Source: an uncultured Actinomycetes bacterium (GTDB taxonomy: Bacteria; Actinomycetota; Actinomycetes; S36-B12). Taken from it: a stretch of DNA of 33,449 nucleotides. The stretch is from positions 1 to 33,449 of the forward strand of contig CAJXUJ010000002.1 in the NCBI GenBank assembly GCA_913061025.1, read 5' to 3'. How positions within the stretch are numbered: the first letter of the stretch is position 1; the number at the start of each line of letters is the position of its first letter. Below, one piece after another: positions 26,781 to 33,449 of this stretch. The notes under the pieces were generated by a model. It had not been told where the DNA came from, searched no databases, and saw only the letters and a program-made list of their open reading frames with translations. Both the position numbers and the translations under genes were made by a program.

Positions 26781-27735
26781 CACCACGGTGACGCGAACCG
26801 AGCGTCTCCTCAATCTGGTGATCGCCCTGCTCGCTGCCCGATCACCGGTGTCCCGCAGGGTTATCCAAGAAGGAGTTGCGGGGTACGACCCCACGGCATC
26901 GGCTTCGGCATTCGAGCGAATGTTCGAGCGCGACAAGGACGAATTGCGGGCCATGGGTATCCCAATCGAGACGATCACCGATGCCCATGGCGAGGTACAG
27001 GGATATTTGATCGATTCCACGGAATATGGAGCGCGGGAGTTGTCCTTCGACGGTGAGGAACTCGCTGCCTTGAACCTGGCGGCTCTCGTCTGGGACGACG
27101 CCGTACTCGAATCCACCGCCATCACCGCGATCCGCAAGATCGAGTCGATAACACCAGCGTCCAGCCACGGTGACTCGTTGCTGGACACACCGGCCACCTC
27201 AACAACCTTCGGGCACGTAAGCGCGCAGGAGGCGGCACTCCTGCCGTTAATGCGGGCCGTTCGTGATCATCGCGTCGTCCGCTTCGACTACCGAAAGCCC
27301 GGCTCAAGCGAAGTCGAGAAGCGTTCTGTTGAGCCGTGGAGCCTGTACTCGCACCAGGGCCGCTGGTACCTCACCGGTCTCGACCTCGAGCGAAACTCTG
27401 AGCGCTTATTCCGGGTCTCACGCATTCAGGGCGGGGTCACCGTGACGGCCACCGCCGCATCCGAGCGCACAGCCGATCCGGCAATCGTCCCGGAGGCGGG
27501 CACCGACGACGACGTCACCGTGCTCGTCCACATCCCCGAAGGTCTCGGAGCCGAGCTCCGACGCCACCGAACGTGCACAGCCGCGGGTGCTGACACCTTT
27601 TCCATATCCGAAAGCAGGCACCGGATCCTCGAACTCCTATGGCGGGCGGATCCTGCAGTGCGCCCCCTTGGCCCCGACGAAATCGTCGACGCTTTCGAGT
27701 CCGGACTTTCGGATGTGGAGACGGCCCACCGATGA
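26770..27735 (+). CDS. pafB: HTH/WYL-domain transcriptional regulator PafB
   Basis: 321 aa with an N-terminal wHTH (RLLNLVIALLAARSPVS) and a WYL domain (VEPWSLYSHQGRWYLTGLD..LFRVSRI). Position is upstream of pafC-tatA-tatC. It overlaps the FKBP stop by 11 nt. Confidence 0.88.
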   Translation: MSASTTVTRTERLLNLVIALLAARSPVSRRVIQEGVAGYDPTASASAFERMFERDKDELRAMGIPIETITDAHGEVQGYLIDSTEYGARELSFDGEELAALNLAALVWDDAVLESTAITAIRKIESITPASSHGDSLLDTPATSTTFGHVSAQEAALLPLMRAVRDHRVVRFDYRKPGSSEVEKRSVEPWSLYSHQGRWYLTGLDLERNSERLFRVSRIQGGVTVTATAASERTADPAIVPEAGTDDDVTVLVHIPEGLGAELRRHRTCTAAGADTFSISESRHRILELLWRADPAVRPLGPDEIVDAFESGLSDVETAHR

Positions 27736-28736
27736 GCGAAACCGCGTCCGAGAGGCTGGCCCGGCTTCTGGCCCTGGTGCCCTGGCTGCGCGCGCATGAC
27801 GGCATCACCATCGAACAGGCGGCCGCCCATTTCGGGGTGAGCGAGGAGCAACTCACCACGGACCTATGGCAGCTGATCGTCTGCGGAATCCCCGGTTACG
27901 GTCCCGACCAACTCGTGGACATCCAGTTTTGGGACGACGATCGCATTCACGTCCTTGATCCGGTAGCGCTCGAGCAGCCGCTCCGGCTGACACCGGAGGA
28001 GGTATCGGCGCTTCACATGGGGCTACGAGTCCTGGCCCAAGTTCCTGGATCGCACGATGTGCGAGCGATCGTGACTGCGATGGCGAAGCTCGAGTCCGCG
28101 GGAACCCCACCGATTCCGATGGACATCGGCGCACCCGAGGATCCCGAGATCGTGGCCATCCTCCATGCGGCGATGGCGGAGGACCAACGCGTGGAGATCG
28201 ACTACGCACCCGGCGATCGGGATCGAGTCGAAACCCGTCGGATCGCACCGCACGCCAGCTACACGGTCGACGGCGTGGTCTACCTCCAGGCGTGGTGCGA
28301 GCGCGCTGAGGACATTCGCACCTTCCGCCTCGATCGCGTGCACGCCGCGCGACCGGTATCCCGTGACTCCACCGACGGTTCAGACAGCCAAGAAGTGAGT
28401 CGACCTGAGAGTCGAGCCGAGGATCGATCGGCGAGAGCACCGCTCGGACGCCCCGCGCCCGCAGGGCTGGCAACCGCGCTAGTACGGATTGCCCCTCAGG
28501 CCGCCTGGGTCGTGGATACCGAGCCGGTCACCGTCGTCGAAGCGGCCATCTCCCCGCCCGGCGGGGACCCCAGCGACCAGGATGCGAACACCATCACCGC
28601 CACGATCGACTACGCGAGCAGCGACTGGCTTGTGCGGTGGGTGCTGGGCTTCGGCGGTGCTATCACCGTGCTCGAACCCGCTGAAATCCGCCAGGCCGTG
28701 GTGGAAGCCGCTCGCCAGCGCCGAATGGCGGGTTAG
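27732..28736 (+). CDS. pafC: HTH/WYL-domain transcriptional regulator PafC
   Basis: ATG 27732 forms an ATGA overlap with the pafB stop. N-terminus SERLARLLALVPWLRAHDGITI and WYL domain (IAPHASYTVDGVVYLQAWC..FRLDRV). The longest ORF (27639) would overlap pafB by 97 nt. Confidence 0.88.
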   Translation: MSETASERLARLLALVPWLRAHDGITIEQAAAHFGVSEEQLTTDLWQLIVCGIPGYGPDQLVDIQFWDDDRIHVLDPVALEQPLRLTPEEVSALHMGLRVLAQVPGSHDVRAIVTAMAKLESAGTPPIPMDIGAPEDPEIVAILHAAMAEDQRVEIDYAPGDRDRVETRRIAPHASYTVDGVVYLQAWCERAEDIRTFRLDRVHAARPVSRDSTDGSDSQEVSRPESRAEDRSARAPLGRPAPAGLATALVRIAPQAAWVVDTEPVTVVEAAISPPGGDPSDQDANTITATIDYASSDWLVRWVLGFGGAITVLEPAEIRQAVVEAARQRRMAG

Positions 28737-28795
28737 ACTCATAACCGGACCGGGAACGCCGGTGCCCGGCACATCGAGGACAAGGAGCGATCGCG

Positions 28796-29074
28796 ATGCC
28801 TAATCTGCGGTGGCAAGAACTGCTGATCATCGTTGCCCTGGTGCTCCTACTCTTCGGCGCCAAGCGGCTTCCCGACGCCGCGCGCGGCCTCGGTCGGTCG
28901 ATGCGCATATTCAAGGCCGAGACCAAGGGGCTCGTCGACGACTCAGCTGAGGACGCCGTGGACTCGAAGTCCACCGATCAGCCGAGTGCGCTTGAATCGC
29001 CGTCCTCGAACAGCAACACCGCCCCCGCCGCTCAGGATTCCGCCGAACGGCCCTCGGAACGCACCGACGGCTAA
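28796..29074 (+). CDS. tatA: twin-arginine translocase subunit TatA
   Basis: 92 aa with TM plus amphipathic helix [38 protein letters not shown] lies upstream of the ATG. Confidence 0.93.
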   Translation: MPNLRWQELLIIVALVLLLFGAKRLPDAARGLGRSMRIFKAETKGLVDDSAEDAVDSKSTDQPSALESPSSNSNTAPAAQDSAERPSERTDG

Positions 29075-29083
29075 CTCCTCCCC

Positions 29084-29920
29084 GTGGCCGTTCAAGAAAA
29101 GGGGAGTAACGCGCAGGCGGCCATGCCGCTCACCGAACACCTGCGTGAGCTTCGATCACGACTCCTGAAATCCTCCATCGCGATCGTGCTGGGGATGATC
29201 GTCGGCTGGATCGCGTATCCAACGATCTTCAATCTCCTGAGCGAACCGTTCGAAGGAGCCGTTGCGCAAGCCCAGGCCGAAGGGCGCGACGTCACCCTCG
29301 CACTCACCGGTGTGACCGATCCGTTCGTCCTACAACTGCAGGTAGCGGCGATTGCCGGGCTCGTGATCTCCGCACCCGTGTGGCTGTACCAACTGTGGCG
29401 TTTCGTAACCCCTGGATTGCACAAGCACGAGAAGCGGTGGGGGGTTGCTTTCGTCGCCGTTGCTTTTCCGCTATTCCTCGCCGGCACCGTACTCGCGTAC
29501 ATGGTGCTGCCCATCGGTTTGGAGATCCTGCTCGGCTTCACTCCCGAGAACGTGGAGAACATCGTCTCGGTGGACCGCTACCTGTCCTTCTTCCTGCGGA
29601 CCGTCGTGGTGTTCGGCGTCGGCTTCTTGACCCCACTGTTGATCGTCACGTTGAACTTCGCCGGGATTCTGTCCGGAAAGCGACTGCTCTCGTGGTGGAG
29701 ATGGATCATCTTCACGGTCTTTATCTTCGCCGCCGTCGCTACCCCCACGGGCGATCCGATCAACCTCATCCTGCTCGCTGGCCCAATTCTGCTGCTCGTC
29801 GTTATTGCGGTTGGAATCGCGCTGCTCAACGATCGCCGGAGAGCGCGTAAGGGCCTTGCCGAGCCCGACTATCAAGCCTGGGACGACGACGAAACTTCGC
29901 CGCTGAACGAGGATTCGTGA
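29084..29920 (+). CDS. tatC: twin-arginine translocase subunit TatC
   Basis: 278 aa, six-TM protein with LTEHLRELRSRLLKS at the N-terminus. Start is GTG 29084 or ATG 29123. Confidence 0.92.
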   Translation: MAVQEKGSNAQAAMPLTEHLRELRSRLLKSSIAIVLGMIVGWIAYPTIFNLLSEPFEGAVAQAQAEGRDVTLALTGVTDPFVLQLQVAAIAGLVISAPVWLYQLWRFVTPGLHKHEKRWGVAFVAVAFPLFLAGTVLAYMVLPIGLEILLGFTPENVENIVSVDRYLSFFLRTVVVFGVGFLTPLLIVTLNFAGILSGKRLLSWWRWIIFTVFIFAAVATPTGDPINLILLAGPILLLVVIAVGIALLNDRRRARKGLAEPDYQAWDDDETSPLNEDS

Positions 29921-30855
29921 TCCGAATCATCGCTAACCCCGTCGCTGGCGGGGGGAAAGCGCTGAGTGATGCCAGCCGCCTGGCACGGGTCTGTGCGGAT
30001 GCGGGGATACCCACCCACGTGCATGTCGCGGCATCACGTGACGACACCGTGCGGACCGCACGCGACGCCGCGCACCTGGGATTGGTAGTCGCCTGCGGTG
30101 GCGATGGCACCGTGCACGATTGCTTGAACGGCGTCATGTCGGCCGGCCTCGCCCTGCCACGGCTAGCGATCTGGCCAGCAGGTACGGGTAACGACATCGG
30201 CCGCGGCCTGGAATCGGCGGGAGGCAGGACACCCGAAACCCGCGAGCATGACTTCAGCCCAGAAGACTTTGCCGCGGCGGTCCTCGACGAATCTTTTCTA
30301 CGGGTGGACGTCGGCTCGGCCATCACCGCGAACGACTCGAGTGTGATGGAGTCACCGTCCTACTTCCTCGGCGTCCTGTCCTGCGGTTTCGACTCCGATG
30401 TCAACGAACGCGCTAACGCTATGCCTGCTCGAGTCGGAAAAGCCCGCTACCTACTGGGGGTAGCGAGGGAACTTCCCTCGTTCCGTCCTCGCTGGTACGC
30501 CATCGATAGCGATGGTGCTGACTCCAGCATGGCCGGCATGGTCCTGGCGATCGGGAACGGACCGGCCTACGGATCCGGGATGATGATCTGTCCCGCCGCG
30601 GACATGACCGATGGCCTCCTGGACGTCACCTTGGTGACGGATACCCCCAAACGCACGTTCGTGTCGGTCCTTCCCCGGGTGTACACGGGCCGACACATCG
30701 ACCACCCTTCGGTGGTTTCCTGGCGAGCCCGCAGGCTTCGGATCGATGCACCCGACTCCCTCGTGTACGCCGACGGTGAGCGGCTCGGACCGCTTCCCGC
30801 TGTGGTCGAAATCCATCCCGGTGCCCTGGAGGTCCTCGACGTTCCTCGGACCTAG
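29917..30855 (+). CDS. diacylglycerol kinase catalytic-domain family lipid kinase
   Basis: 312 aa with the DAGK/YegS signature VVACGGDGTVHDCLNG. The GTG start overlaps the tatC stop (GTGA). Confidence 0.85.
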   Translation: MIRIIANPVAGGGKALSDASRLARVCADAGIPTHVHVAASRDDTVRTARDAAHLGLVVACGGDGTVHDCLNGVMSAGLALPRLAIWPAGTGNDIGRGLESAGGRTPETREHDFSPEDFAAAVLDESFLRVDVGSAITANDSSVMESPSYFLGVLSCGFDSDVNERANAMPARVGKARYLLGVARELPSFRPRWYAIDSDGADSSMAGMVLAIGNGPAYGSGMMICPAADMTDGLLDVTLVTDTPKRTFVSVLPRVYTGRHIDHPSVVSWRARRLRIDAPDSLVYADGERLGPLPAVVEIHPGALEVLDVPRT

Positions 30856-30858
30856 GCT
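30853..30858 (+). promoter_or_regulatory. putative -10 hexamer TAGGCT, 6 nt upstream of the GTG at 30865 (helY)
   Basis: TAGGCT-GGCGTG-GTG(30865). The TAG of the hexamer is also the stop codon of the lipid kinase gene. Confidence 0.35.
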
Positions 30859-30864
30859 GGCGTG

Positions 30865-33449
30865 GTGACCGGCACTTCACCGGCAGAGAGATACGCGGCC
30901 TCTCGCCAACGAGCCACCCAGCCGGAGCTTGAGGCTTTCGCGCTGCAGTACGACTTCGGTCTGGACGACTTCCAGCGAGCCGCGTGTAGGGCTCTGGAGA
31001 ATGGATCCGGTGTCCTGGTGGCGGCACCGACCGGATCTGGCAAAACGGTGGTCGGCGAGTTCGCGGTGCACCTTGCCCTGAAACATGGGGGCAAGTGCTT
31101 CTACACGACTCCCATCAAGGCCTTGTCCAACCAGAAATTCGCGGAACTCGTCGAGCGCTACGGAAGCGATGCTGTCGGCCTCCTGACCGGCGACAACTCG
31201 ATCAACGGTGAAGCCCCCATCGTCGTGATGACAACCGAGGTCCTGCGCAACATGCTCTACGCAGGATCTTCGACCACTGCATCGCTGCGCTACGTCGTGA
31301 TGGACGAGGTCCACTACCTAGCGGATCGATTCCGCGGGGCCGTCTGGGAAGAGGTGATCATTCACCTTCCTCCGACCGTCACCGTCGTCGCCCTGAGCGC
31401 CACCGTCTCCAATGCCGAGGAATTCGGAGCGTGGTTATCGGCCGTTCGTGGATCCACGGAGATCATCGTCGAGGAACACCGACCCGTCCCGCTCTGGCAG
31501 CACGTGATGGCCGGGCACCACCTCTACGACCTCTTCACCGATGAGGGGCAGGTCAACCCCGAGTTGATCGCACTCGGGAGACGGTCACGCTCAGCCGCCG
31601 GCCGGTACGGCTCACGGGGGCGGTCCCGGGCGCGATCGCGCCGACCGCGACGCGATTCCCTCACACCGTGGCGCAGCGACGTCATCGGCGAACTTTCCGC
31701 AGATGGATTGCTTCCGTGCATCTACTTCCTGTTCAGCCGTGCCGGCTGTGATGACGCCGTCGAGCAGTGCCTGCGAGCAGGTATCCGGCTGACGTCGTCG
31801 AGCGAACGCGAGATCATCCGTTCGGTCGTGGCCGCCGGGACCATGGGAATCTCCGACGACGATCTCGCCGCCCTCGGGTACGTGGACTGGTCCGAGGCCC
31901 TGGAGCGGGGCATCGCCGCGCATCACGCCGGGATGCTCCCCGCGTTCAAGGAAATCATCGAGGACCTGTTCCAGCGCGGGCTCATCAAGGTTGTTTTCGC
32001 AACCGAGACATTGGCGCTCGGCATCAACATGCCGGCTCGCAGCGTGGTGTTGGAACGACTGGTCAAGTGGAATGGTGAAGCCCACGTCGATCTGACGGCG
32101 GGGGAATACACGCAGCTCACCGGCAGAGCCGGCCGTCGTGGGATCGATGTGGAGGGGCATGCGGTTGTGCTGTGGTCCGACGAGTTGGATCCCGAGGTCC
32201 TCGCCGGCCTCGCATCCACGCGTACCTATCCGCTGAAGTCCTCGTTTCGAGCCTCGTTCAACATGGCGATCCACCTCGTCGGTCAACTGGGCCGCGCCCG
32301 CGCCCGTGAGGTTCTGGAGACCAGTTTCGCCCAGTTCCAGGCCGATCAGTCCGTCGTCGGTCTCGCTGCTGAATCCCGCAAACTCCGGCAGGCGCAGCGG
32401 GGCTACGTCGAGTCGATGACGTGTCATCTGGGCGACTTCACCGAATATGCGCACCTTCGAGAGGAACTCTCCCGTAGCGAGAAAAACGCGGGGCGATCTG
32501 CCAGCGCGGCCCGCAAGCACGGCGCAGAAGAGACACTCGCGTCATTGCGACCCGGGGACGTCATCAACATCCCTCGAGGCAAGAGAGCCGGGCCGGCGGT
32601 GGTTATCTCTGCGGCGGAGCGTCCGCAGGATCCACGCCCTCAGGTACTCACGCACGAACGACAGGTTCGTCGAATCTCCACGATCGAGGTGCCGTTCGCC
32701 ATCCCCACGTTGGGCCGGGTCAAGGTCCCGCGTCACTTCACCGCCAAGGACGCAAGCATGCGGCGCGATTTGGCCCGTCGAGCCATCGATGTCGCCGAAT
32801 CCGCGGATGTCGTTGCCGAGGTGCCCCGGACATCAGAGACCGACGACGACATCAGCCGGCTGCGTGCCTCGCTGCGTGCCCACCCGTGTCACGGCTGCGA
32901 GGAGCGCGAAGCCCATGCCCGCTGGGCCGAGCGGTATTTCCGAACCGAACGTCAGCTTCACGATCTCGACCGACGAATCGCCACCCGCACGCACAGCATC
33001 TCCCGCCAGTTCGACAGGGTGTGCGACACCTTGGTGCACTTGGGTTACCTCGAGGGTTCTGGCGACGCCATCACCGTCACCGAAGACGGTCGAATGCTCG
33101 GCTGGCTGTACTCGGAGTCTGATCTGCTCATCGCCGAGTGCTTGCGCGCCGGGGCGTGGAACGACCTCGAACCACACGAACTCGCAGCGGTCGTCTCAGC
33201 CATCGTGTACGAAAGTCGACGACCAGAAGGTGACGTCAGACCTGCGGTCCCCGGCGGAAATGTCGAGAAGGCCATCGATGGGCTGTACCGGACATGGGCT
33301 CGACTCAGCGACATCCAGCGCGCCAACAAACTAGGTGCCGGACCGGAGCCCGACGCGGGGCTTGTGTGGGCGGTGTACCGCTGGGCTCGCGGCGCGTCAC
33401 TCCTGACGGTGCTGACGAGTAACGATGTCAGCGCCGGTGACTTCGTGCG
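30865..33449 (+). CDS. helY: Ski2-like DEAD/DEAH-box helicase HelY (3' end lies beyond the window)
   Basis: Not in the ORF track because no stop codon is reached. My translation of frame +1 gives ..DDFQRAACRALENGSGVLVAAPTGSGKTVVGEF.. with motif I at 31021-31047. DEVH is at 31303-31314, and ..LERLVKWNGEAHVDLTAGEYTQLTGRAGRRGID (motif VI) is near 32041-32150. The last residues are ..LTSNDVSAGDFV. Start is GTG 30865 (TAGGCT-N6) or GTG 30862. Confidence 0.9.
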   Translation, partial: MTGTSPAERYAASRQRATQPELEAFALQYDFGLDDFQRAACRALENGSGVLVAAPTGSGKTVVGEFAVHLALKHGGKCFYTTPIKALSNQKFAELVERYGSDAVGLLTGDNSINGEAPIVVMTTEVLRNMLYAGSSTTASLRYVVMDEVHYLADRFRGAVWEEVIIHLPPTVTVVALSATVSNAEEFGAWLSAVRGSTEIIVEEHRPVPLWQHVMAGHHLYDLFTDEGQVNPELIALGRRSRSAAGRYGSRGRSRARSRRPRRDSLTPWRSDVIGELSADGLLPCIYFLFSRAGCDDAVEQCLRAGIRLTSSSEREIIRSVVAAGTMGISDDDLAALGYVDWSEALERGIAAHHAGMLPAFKEIIEDLFQRGLIKVVFATETLALGINMPARSVVLERLVKWNGEAHVDLTAGEYTQLTGRAGRRGIDVEGHAVVLWSDELDPEVLAGLASTRTYPLKSSFRASFNMAIHLVGQLGRARAREVLETSFAQFQADQSVVGLAAESRKLRQAQRGYVESMTCHLGDFTEYAHLREELSRSEKNAGRSASAARKHGAEETLASLRPGDVINIPRGKRAGPAVVISAAERPQDPRPQVLTHERQVRRISTIEVPFAIPTLGRVKVPRHFTAKDASMRRDLARRAIDVAESADVVAEVPRTSETDDDISRLRASLRAHPCHGCEEREAHARWAERYFRTERQLHDLDRRIATRTHSISRQFDRVCDTLVHLGYLEGSGDAITVTEDGRMLGWLYSESDLLIAECLRAGAWNDLEPHELAAVVSAIVYESRRPEGDVRPAVPGGNVEKAIDGLYRTWARLSDIQRANKLGAGPEPDAGLVWAVYRWARGASLLTVLTSNDVSAGDFV

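Noticed and set aside
25893-27197. 434-aa ORF on the minus strand spanning both FKBP genes and the start of pafB; it is the longest unexplained ORF in the track.
   Set aside because: It is antisense to three genes with clear family motifs, and its product is Arg/Gly/Ala/Ser-rich with no motif. Long stop-free antisense frames are expected in high-GC DNA. The same reasoning applies to 10014..10886, 11566..12228, 19852..20592, 20893..21600, 23734..24354 and 31612..32520 on the minus strand.
32447-33334. 295-aa plus-strand ORF in frame +2 inside the helY region.
   Set aside because: Frame +1 carries the helicase motifs (GRAGRRG, DFV tail) and stays open to the window end. The frame +2 product is a Ser/Arg/Pro-rich off-frame artefact.

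Overview
High-GC actinobacterial core chromosome, very densely coding: about 40 CDS and one tRNA, with most intergenic gaps under 80 bp. I saw no transposase, integrase, CRISPR array, rRNA or large repeat. The right two-thirds is the canonical Pup-proteasome neighbourhood. In order it holds an alpha/beta hydrolase, a PAC2-family protein, a HAD phosphatase, a RecB/Cas4-like nuclease, trmI, arc/mpa, dop, pup, prcB, prcA and pafA. These are followed by two FKBP PPIases, pafB, pafC, tatA, tatC, a DAG-kinase-family lipid kinase and the first ~2.6 kb of helY, which runs off the right edge. The left third carries pgi, mshC, the uncharacterised actinobacterial trio (histidine-phosphatase phosphomutase / DUF3090 / SCO1664 kinase-like), corA and uppP. 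It also carries an F420-type LLM oxidoreductase, an aldo/keto reductase, an M20 peptidase, tRNA-Leu(GAG), a GluQ-RS-like enzyme and a few small membrane or acidic proteins. From memory, gene order is collinear but inverted relative to M. tuberculosis Rv2092c-Rv2136c. I do not see a convincing brand-new system; this looks like conserved core genome, not an accessory island. The strongest signal I found myself is a TAG(G/C)(G/C)T-type hexamer exactly 6 nt upstream of about 12 start codons that lack Shine-Dalgarno sites. This is a leaderless-mRNA promoter signature, and it also changes several start-codon calls. The best candidates for under-described biology are the phosphomutase/DUF3090/kinase trio beside mshC, the bacterial PAC2 homologue, the Cas4-like nuclease next to arc, and the FKBP pair fused into the pafBC operon. 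All family assignments rest on motifs I read in the translations and on remembered homology. No database search was run.
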